A stretch of DNA of 63,933 nt, counting the filler, from Octopus bimaculoides (Eukaryota): assembly GCF_001194135.2 (NCBI RefSeq). It is 7 parts of 6 records of this genome, joined end to end, with 100 filler letters (N's around TTAATTAATTAA, not from the genome) between each part and the next. Parts side by side here need not be neighbours in the genome. Positions count along the whole stretch, not along the records: positions 48,732 to 57,505 come from NC_068991.1; positions 57,606 to 62,770 come from NC_068983.1; positions 62,871 to 63,933 come from NC_068985.1; 4 more parts are not named here. One strand, 5' to 3'. Position numbers and translations under genes: made by a program. Below the pieces are notes generated by a model, which was not told the DNA's origin, searched no databases, and was given only the letters and a program-made list of their open reading frames with translations. This document shows, in pieces, positions 54,578-63,933 of the stretch; positions within the stretch are counted from its first letter, which is position 1, and each line of letters opens with the position of its first letter.

Positions 54578-54622
54578 GGACCACTGATGAGGTCACAGAA
54601 GTGTGACGAAAGAACTCTGGCC
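54578..54622 (+). ncRNA. Minimal hammerhead ribozyme motif, slightly decayed
   Basis: GGACCA CTGATGA G GTCACA-GAAG-TGTGAC GAAA GAAC TC TGGCC. One base is unpaired at the bottom of stem II and stem III (AGAACT) is one change from a palindrome. Confidence 0.6.
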
Positions 54623-54728
54623 GAAATAAGATTAAGATTAATGTAATATAAAGCTGAAGCAAATTAACACCAAATATACAGTCCGTGTGTTTTTATTGGC
54701 TAAACTGGCAATATGACCATCCCCAAGT

Positions 54729-54761
<33 letters not shown>

Positions 54762-55582
54762 NNNNNNNNNNNNNNNNNNNNNNNNNNNNNNNNNNNNNNN
54801 NNNNNNNNNNNNNNNNNNNNNNNNNNNNNNNNNNNNNNNNNNNNNNNNNNNNNNNNNNNNNNNNNNNNNNNNNNNNNNNNNNNNNNNNNNNNNNNNNNNN
54901 NNNNNNNNNNNNNNNNNNNNNNNNNNNNNNNNNNNNNNNNNNNNNNNNNNNNNNNNNNNNNNNNNNNNNNNNNNNNNNNNNNNNNNNNNNNNNNNNNNNN
55001 NNNNNNNNNNNNNNNNNNNNNNNNNNNNNNNNNNNNNNNNNNNNNNNNNNNNNNNNNNNNNNNNNNNNNNNNNNNNNNNNNNNNNNNNNNNNNNNNNNNN
55101 NNNNNNNNNNNNNNNNNNATATATATATATATATATATATATACATGCATATGTTACATTATATTACATTACCTTATATTCTATCATATCATACTATATT
55201 ATATATGGCTTATTATATCTAAAAACCCTGGGAATTAGTTTCTATGCGATTAGATGAAGGGCAAATTGTAATAGATTCTTCATATAACGAGATATGAATA
55301 TAGTCTACTTTATCCAGGATGTTCATCACTGCGGTGTGAGCGAGCCTGTAATGCCGTGAAACTGAATCTGGTAAATTATCAAGTTCGGATAAATAAATCT
55401 ACACTTTTATTGAGATCGGAAGAGGCCACTCAGAAGTCTTCCTCAAGAATTGGGAGACGACTTAGTTACACGATTTGAGCCAAAAGCGAAAAGCATTTAG
55501 AAATGCTGCCCACAGATTTATTTGGTTCGTCTATATTTTACAATTCTATAGTGAAAATTAATATCGGAGAAAAGAACCTGTG

Positions 55583-55880
55583 ATACCGATTCTTGAATGA
55601 ATCAGCCGTTGCCCCAATGTAAACATACGGCCCTCCCCTTGTGTGCACGATACATTTATATAGAAGATTTGTACTCGCACAGAGGTTCATCAATGAGCGT
55701 TTTGATTTTTCTCTGCATGAGCATTTATTATATTTATTTGTATATCTGACAGTTCTGACCTCATTTTCCGACGTTGTTACAGTGTTAGCTACATCACAAT
55801 CATTTCTACTCTTACGATTTGTCCGTATCTGGTGTTTTTCATTGCAGTTTACGTCTCCTTTGTTGGTACTTTGATGCATA
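55583..55880 (-). mobile_element. Second Penelope-like GIY-YIG fragment including the Cys-rich linker
   Basis: NKCSCREKSKRSLMNLCASTNLLYKCIVHTRGGPYVYIGATADSFKNRY matches the PLE pattern C.CR....CPL...C...N..Y......YIG.T...FK.RY. Confidence 0.8.
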
Positions 55881-55977
55881 TGTTTGCTAACACCAATTGT
55901 CGTGATTAATAAAAACTCTTGTATCTTCCATCTTCCGTCACTCATTAAACAGAACTATATATATGTATATGTGTATG

Positions 55978-56091
<114 letters not shown>

Positions 56092-56269
56092 TACCTTTAT
56101 ATATTTGTTCTGCAAGATTTCGAATATGAAATCACGTGTTGAAACAGATATTGATATATTTGAGGATGGTCTTTTTTGCCATCTAGCTTCACGAATTAAA
56201 TACTTGGTATTCACTTCACCTTTATCATCATTCTTATTTTAGTGTTCTTTATTTGCAAATCTTTCGTCA

Positions 56270-56356
56270 CACATTCTGTGACCTCTTCAGTGACTCTCTA
56301 TCCCACGTATCTCCTCCTCGTGGGATAAAGAGTCGCTGGAGAGGTAACACGTTGTG
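56270..56356 (+). ncRNA. Candidate pre-miRNA-like hairpin
   Basis: 31-position stem (56277-56307 / 56319-56349) with 2 G.U pairs and 2 mismatches, and an 11-nt loop. Confidence 0.35.
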
Positions 56357-56472
56357 TAACAAAAGATTTCCAGGCAAAAGACATTAAAAGCGGAGTAATA
56401 TTAAAGCTGAAGTGAAGATCAAGTATATAGTACACGTGGTTAATTATCAAAAACATATGACCAAATACAACA

Positions 56473-56507
<35 letters not shown>

Positions 56508-57901
56508 CATTCTCAAGAGTAAAACAGAAAGATTTTTGTATTGATGTTGGCTTTTAAATTGTCATTACCTTTCCGGAAAAATATCGGAAAGTGATGAGCG
56601 CTGAGATAAGAAGGGAGGAAACGGAATCAATAGATTATGACTGAATGTGAAGGTCTCGATAACGTTCGGTGAACATGAAACATTGCCACGATTTTACTCT
56701 GTCGTGGGAGCAAAGGAAAAACTGGAGCTAGTGATGCCAGGTAAACATCACAGACGGAACACGTGGAAGTGAATGTCACATGACGGTTTCTGCACATAGG
56801 AGCTGAGCATAAGGTAGAGAAAGAGAGAGACGGGCTACTGATGTAGCAACAACAGTTAGTCTCAGAATCTGCTGTTTGTAGAGTATCACATTCGAGCTTA
56901 GAGAAAGAAATGTCTTCATCTTCAAAGCTTGAAGGCGACAACTTGATTTCACAATACAAGAAAATATATCCTACTCCACTTTCTTCTCTGCTTGATATGC
57001 CGTTTTACAAGCAAAGTTACTTACTTAATAACATTAGATCAAGAATTCCAAGCATGATTGTTTTGTGTTGCTCGCTGATTACGAGGTGTGCAAGTTATTC
57101 AGTCGATCAGGATCGCATGGAATGGCAGTTTTTACAAAAGAGTTTAGTTCAACAGTTAAGGGTAAACTTTGTGGACCTGAATGTCAGATCGGCACTCTGA
57201 ACGTAAAGAAAATTATACTGGAGACTTGAAACTAGTTCCGTTTACAATTCAACGAGGTCGCATCCTCACATATTTTCAGGCGTCCAAAAACATTCTCAAA
57301 CAATGTCAACTTATTACAATTATCAAATATAAGCCGAAATAATGTGTTGGCATTTATATCAATTTTGTTCTAGTTTAATTTCTAAATTATATTCCGCGGC
57401 ATATGTTTGCTAGAGTAAACAGATTGAAACTAGTTACATTCTAATTTGCATGAAATCCATTTGAAATATTACAAACATGTAGAAAGATATATATATATAT
57501 ATATANNNNNNNNNNNNNNNNNNNNNNNNNNNNNNNNNNNNNNNNNNNNTTAATTAATTAANNNNNNNNNNNNNNNNNNNNNNNNNNNNNNNNNNNNNNN
57601 NNNNNTATGTATGTATGGATGGATGGATGAATGGATGGATGGATGGATGGATGGATGGATGGGTGGATGGATGGATGGATGAATGGGTGGATGTGTGTGT
57701 GCTTGTGTGTATGGTGTGTGTCTTTGTGTCTGTTTGTCAGCACCCCACGCAACTTGATTATCGGTGTTGGTTTGTTTAAGTCCCTATAACATATGGACTT
57801 AATTTATGTTGTAATGAACGTCTGATTGCTTGAAACACGTTCGTGTCCCAAGAAATAATGGTGTATATCCACGCACAATCATATTTCCCAAACACGTTCG
57901 T

Positions 57902-58570
57902 GTACACTTGGATGTGGGAAGGCCTTTCGTTGCAGAAATACTCTAAGGAGAAAATTTTCCTCTTAGATAATACATTGCTGTGAAATACTGATACAGTATT
58001 CGTTACTAATTAAAAATAACGACGCAGAAAGAATTGCGTCTAACGAACCAATGAAGTCAATCATAGCTCAGTCATGTGTTTACATAAGTGTTATCTATAA
58101 GGAGAATTTTTTTCGAAAGATTATTTTTGCAGCGAAAGACCTTTCCACATTCAAGTGTACGTAAATGTGTTAAATATAATTGAACATACAGATACTCAAT
58201 TCAATGCTGTTCCGTGCGTCTCCCGTACATTACAGAATATGGACGTGGGAAGGCCTTTCGTTGCGGAAATGCTCTCAGGGGAAAATTTTCCTCTTAGATA
58301 ATACATTGCTGTGAAATACTGATACGGTATTCGTTACTAATTAAGAATGACGAGCCAGAAATGCATGCGTCTAATGATCCAGTCAAGTCAATCATGGCTC
58401 AGTCATGTGTTTACATAGGTGCTGCCTATGAGGAGAATTATTTTCCAGAAACTATTTTCGCAGTGAAAGACCTTTCCACATTCAAGTGTACGCAAATATG
58501 TTAAATATGACTGAACATACATATACTCAGTTTAATGTTACTTCGTGCGTCTCGTGTAGATTATAGAATA
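57902..58570. repeat. Tandem dimer of a 331-bp unit with about 39-bp inverted arms
   Basis: gga(t/c)gtgggaaggcctttcgttgc at 57910 and 58241. Arm 57902-57940 pairs with 58122-58160. Confidence 0.85.
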
Positions 58571-60149
58571 TATAATGTATTCGTTGAATTTATCGCTTCA
58601 GTTTATTTAAAAGTGTCCCACAGATTTAGCTATACTTATATATCACTATATTAACGCTCTGAACCTGAATTATTTTCACGTTTACTGAGTTGTCTGCTAA
58701 TAGCTTTATACAAAACAGACATACATACATTTTTGTTGCGAGCTGTTTATTCGTGTAAATAATATTTATGCACAGACATTTACATATGTATATATGCATA
58801 CAAATGTACATAGTTAAAATTCATGCATATAAATGCATACATATACGTACAGACATACGTAAGTACACACATACATACATACATACATACATACATACAA
58901 AGAAAAATACCCAGTTGTTGATGCTGAAATTCCAATGAAGGAGCCATGGATCTACGTTAGAAACCCGGTTCTTTCTCTATTGGCAAGAAATCTTGAAATA
59001 AACTGAATAATCATACATACATACATTCATATATACATATATTTTGCTATATGAATTCAAAAGAATCAAGGCATATCAACTAGTAAGACGCCAGAAATGG
59101 CTAGGTACGACAACATAGAACTTACAGTGAAATAAACAACATTGATGTCATCAAGTGTCGGTAGGATACCGTAGATATGCAAGATCCAAACCTAATTTAA
59201 ACCATAGATCCGACTCAGAGATGGGTCCTGGGTGTGGCGTTTTAAATTTACGACAGCTGTATCGGTCGAATTCTATTTATTTAATACAGCCCTAAAAGAT
59301 TACATTATAACATAATTCCCCGTCGTCTGGTAAAATTTTAAACAGCTAACATTGTCATGATCTATAATGTACGTACGTATGCATGTATGCGTGTATGTAG
59401 ATCAAAGGTAATGAACATGGAGGTCAATAGGAAATGTGTATGTGTATACATGTGCGTATACATGTATAGATCTGTGTGTGTGTGTGTATGTGTGTGTGTG
59501 TATGTGCGTGCGTGCGTGTGCGTGCGTGCGTGTGCGTGCGTGCGCGCGCGTATGCGTGTATAATACATCCCCTACAACTTCACATTATCGATTGCCTACA
59601 TCTTTTTCTTTTTTAAACCGATCTGATACATCTATAAAACAGATATCAAACGAAGTTCTTCGTTTGTTCTAAGCATCGTTTCTAAGGCGACATCGTCCCA
59701 CGCCAATATTATAATATCGATTAGCTGCAACAACCCTTTTATAACACACCAATGGTCCTATTTCTCGTACCATATTTATTTCCTTTCAATGGAGACAATT
59801 ACTGGCTTAAACCGGATTTCTTTCGTTGTTTGTCTAATGCACTTGACTGATCCAACTTGATCTATTTATTATGATATCTAACATTCACAACAAAGACACA
59901 CTTTTCTTTGTAGGGCAGAATATATGGTCGATTTAAATTAACCTCATTAGCTTATTGGGTGCTTTATTTTATCAACAGATTGGAACTCTAGCGGTAGGGG
60001 AAGTAAGAAATTAAAGGGACGTAATTACTATATTCTGCAAAGCATTTGGTTTGCAGCTCTGCCGATTCTCCAACTCTATTACCTTTTTTTTTTTAATAAG
60101 GACTTCTGACAAGGCGGCAAGCTGGCAGAACGTTAGCACGTGGGGCTTC

Positions 60150-60895
60150 TTCTGTATGCTGTCAGGTCAGTACTCCAATTCGCCATACTTTTTCCAAGCA
60201 ATCCCTCAACATTCGATGCAATATCAAATAGGTTCATACATTCCATAATCCAAGAATGTGGGATTATATCGTACACTTTACGATAGTCGATCCATGACAT
60301 GGTTAAGTTATTTTTCTTCCTCTTGCAGTCTCTAAGTACAGTTTTGTCTACCAGGAGTTGATCCTTGGTCACTCTGCACTTACGCTTGCAACCATTCTGC
60401 ACATGTGGCAGGACTCCATTTTTTCCAGATGTTCGTACATTGACTCTGCGAGTATTCCAGTCAATTATTTCCACATAAGTGGCAAACAGGATATCGGCCT
60501 GTAATTGTCTGCCGTATTGCGTTTTACGATGTTTTTCAAGCACAGCACTGTCTTACCCAATGTCAACCACTCTAGTATTACTTGGTCGGCATTTAACAAG
60601 GTGTTGAGTTGCGCAGCTATTTGTGCATGACATTCACCAAATCTTTTGATCCAGTAGCCTTGAACTCCATCTGGTCCAGTTGCTCGTTTTTTTTTTTTTT
60701 GCTGATTTCCTTCACTTCCCTAACTGAAATGACTAGTTCTGCCTGTTTTGGACAGACTGCTGTTTGTTTCATTTCTTGCAACCATTCAGCATCCTTCTTG
60801 TGCTCCTTGTCTTTGCTCCAGATGTCACTCCAAAACCTTTGACTTTCAATGTCATCTGGTATCAACTTTTCACCTGTACCTCCTCCATTTATTTC
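60150..60895 (-). mobile_element. R4/Dong-like RT N-terminal fragment, frameshifted
   Basis: FWSDIWSKDKEHKKDAEWL, GPDGVQGYWIK and [40 protein letters not shown]. It abuts an (AAT)n/(AAC)n tract. Confidence 0.88.
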
Positions 60896-60961
<66 letters not shown>

Positions 60962-62134
60962 ATTGAGTGAGAGGGCAGTGCATGCCATCAAAATAACACT
61001 GGGGTACAAATATACGAAACCCAGTATCCTCATCATAACTCCCCGTCTGATAAGGGTACACCAGGCATATGCATCACAACCATATGTGCGCGACATGGTG
61101 ATCTCACACCAAGATAAACAGCGCATAAACTTGCTGGTGGAGCCCAACACTATTAGTTTAGGAAGTAAGTTTCGTGAAAAGCATGTTAGAGGGAAAGAGC
61201 TCCTCTTCGTTGTTTCTACTTGCTTTTACTTGGGGTAGATTCTTCTTTTTAAAAGTTATTTTGCTTTTTTTATTGGGGGGGGGGATCAACAGTCTACCAT
61301 CTCTGCTAACCATCCATGTCCTCTTCATTACGGCAATAAGATGGTGTGGTCCTAATGCGTGTGACTGATGACAGATTCCTATCATCGTTGCCTTTTGGTC
61401 TTGAAGATGAGACAAAATTTTGATCTGTCTTCAAAGCCGCACTCAGTGATGTGACTGATGGTGCGTTGGGAGCAACAGAACTTATGAGTACTGATGACTT
61501 CTTTTGATCTCTCTTGACCACATGTTATTCCTCATGACCTCTTCGTCCACAAAGTTCCTCTATTATGCTGCGGGAACAATGGATTGCTCGAAAATTGTCT
61601 GTATCCAGCAGCAATGGCGCCAAAACTGCTTTCAAGTCCGCTAACATTCTCGCTCGGTAAAATGTGGGTGTGTGAAAATGTATGCCTGCGTGGGTGTTAA
61701 CATCTGCGTGTGTATGTGTGACTGTGTACGTGCGTGAGCGTACCAATATTGTTGTTGTTGTTACTTCTGTTGTTCGCCTTAGAGCAGAGAATATTGAAAC
61801 GAATATAATCGCTTTCTATCGAAAAATCAATTTTTTTTCCTGAATGCGCAATGCTTACGCTGGTTGTATCATTAAATTTATTTACTTATATGATTGATTG
61901 TTTATTTATTTAAATGGTTGCTTATTTATTCTTGCTTGCTGTGTTGTTGAATTCGGCAAATGAATTCCTCGGGATGCTAAGGAGTCGGGTGTTGTCCCTT
62001 TCTCTTGTTAGAATCAGCTATCTTATGTTTATGTGTAAACACAACAAATTTGTTTTAGGAGCGGTGAATCTCGAATTTACAAACAATAACTTGTAAATAT
62101 GAAGTTAAAAATCCTTTGGGAAGAAAATATCGAA

Positions 62135-62447
62135 GGCACCCAGTTGGACTTGAACCCACATCTTTTGTAAACATGACTGGTGTTCTACCATTGGACCAAA
62201 GTAATCTTTCGAATTGCTCTACTCTTTGGATAAGAAAGTGATTTTAACCCAAAATTTACACACGATAATTCATAGCATCATTTGCTTCGAGATTCACCGT
62301 TCCTAAAAATAATCATTTCACATTCTTGAAGTTTCTAAACTTTAACAGCGTCAACAACATACAGAATAATTTGAAGGTTGTTTTCGTCGAATGGTAGACC
62401 ATCTGTGATGTCTACAAGAGATGTCGATTCCAGTCCTGCAGGTGGCG
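62135..62447. repeat. Inverted, divergent pair of tRNA-like (A/B box) sequences
   Basis: 62135-62203 (minus) and 62379-62447 (plus) align without gaps at 50/69 identity by hand count. Confidence 0.65.
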
Positions 62448-63362
62448 TTATGACTTTCTATTCAAAAAGTTTTTTTTTTTTTTTTACAAGCCAATATCTA
62501 CAACAAATTTATTTAAAACTCCTGATAAATGACCAATATTATTTCTATTCCAGTCAGGGCGAAATATCTAGAAACGATCCAGAAAAGTTCTCTGGAGGAA
62601 ATATTTTATAACAAATCCTTTTGTTTTTCTTCAGGTACTTTTGTTAAAATAAGAAAAGAAAAAAAACGAAAATAAAAGTGAAAATAAGAGAAACATACTA
62701 CTGCATTCAAATCCGAATTTCGCTTTTAATCCTTTCAGAAATTTCTCGCTTTGTACCTGTTACAAATTATNNNNNNNNNNNNNNNNNNNNNNNNNNNNNN
62801 NNNNNNNNNNNNNNTTAATTAATTAANNNNNNNNNNNNNNNNNNNNNNNNNNNNNNNNNNNNNNNNNNNNTGTGTGTGTGTGTGTGCGAGTGTGTGTGTA
62901 TTCTCCAATTTCATTAAAAAAGGAAATGAAAGTACAATGCGTATTTCACAGTGTCTGATTTATTTCTTTTATTGCTATTTGTATTCTACAAACCTTCGCT
63001 ATTCAGACGAACTTATTTTTCTTTGTTATTCGTCCTACATTGCTAAAATTTGTTATGAGTTATAATTCCTAAGTCACGAGACCAGTGCACACTGAAGTTT
63101 AGCAGAAGAGGAAGCTACTTCCACGATTGAATCTGCGAAACATCTAGACAGAATAAGTAATAAATTAAGAAAAAGGAAATAAACAGGATATAAGAAACAC
63201 CGTTACAATCAACCCACGATTTATAGCTAAAATAGGAAACTACATTAGGAAAGCAAATATATATTTAAATAGGAAGAATGCAAGGAAACTGAACAACAAA
63301 AAAATATAAAAAAACAAGAAAAATTAGGGATATCAGAAATGAAACATAGTGAACATAACCAC

Positions 63363-63408
<46 letters not shown>

Positions 63409-63444
63409 TATAATAGAGAGCAGTCATCATATGTTCTTCCACAT

Positions 63445-63538
63445 CGGCTAACTCTGATGAACGTAAATTTATATAATCGGATTGTTACCTAACTCTCCAT
63501 TGAAATATTTATGCGAAACCGATTGTTAATATCAGCCG
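63445..63538 (+). ncRNA. Degenerate minimal hammerhead motif
   Basis: CGGCTAACT CTGATGA ACGTAAAT...ATTTATGC GAAA CCGA TT GTTA..AGCCG. There is an A.C mismatch at the base of stem II and ACCGAT in place of ACCGGT. Confidence 0.4.
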
Positions 63539-63885
63539 TGATGGATATTTATCACTATACTTTTCGGATTATATAGGTACGTATATATAAGTATATATTT
63601 CGAAACGCGGAGTAAATGGACAGGGGCAACTGATGAAGGGAAATTTCTTTATGTTGCATGTCTCGTTTCTCTGTTTATTTTTTTCGTTGTTCGAAAAAAA
63701 TGTTTGTTTTCTGTTTTGGTCTTTATGTTTTCGTTTCTGATTGTGTTTAACGTTTGTTTGTGATGTCCTGTACCCATATATGCATGTATGTACACATATA
63801 GATGTACGTATGTACATATATGTATGGATATATACATATATTTATATATTATTTATATTATATATATATATATATAGACATACAT

Positions 63886-63933
<48 letters not shown>

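Noticed and set aside
61306-61746. Two adjacent minus-strand ORFs in non-repetitive sequence
   Set aside because: They are separated by a stop, use non-ATG starts and show no homology I can recognise.
62135-62203. Functional tRNA gene
   Set aside because: The acceptor and anticodon stems do not pair, so it is treated as a tRNA-derived repeat.

Overview
Repeat-rich, gappy eukaryotic genomic DNA. The dinucleotide microsatellites, tRNA-derived SINE families and TTAATTAATTAA-stuffed N gaps suggest an octopus assembly (inference). Almost all ORFs in the supplied track are microsatellite or gap read-throughs. The only host coding sequence I can support is the first coding exon of a universal stress protein (UspA-like) gene at 38410-38485 (+); no later exon was found, so the rest of the window may be intron. 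The remainder is transposon debris: two Penelope-like GIY-YIG remnants, two R4/Dong-like RT loci, RTE and CR1-like LINE 3' ends, a possible HERO-like end, hAT and mariner MITEs, a foldback element and many SINEs. The main unannotated signal is a set of type I hammerhead ribozyme motifs. One bounds a 342-nt tandem non-coding unit with a retrozyme-like layout (3614-4249). One lies in sense behind a Penelope endonuclease (14430-14502, minus). A textbook minimal one is at 53079-53135 (minus), and several others are decayed. Also notable: a 304-bp partial tandem with a variant hammerhead-like core, a pre-miRNA-like hairpin, a LINE/SINE shared 3' stem-loop with covariation, and a divergent pair of tRNA-like promoters. 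All alignments and folds were done by eye, and most element boundaries are approximate.
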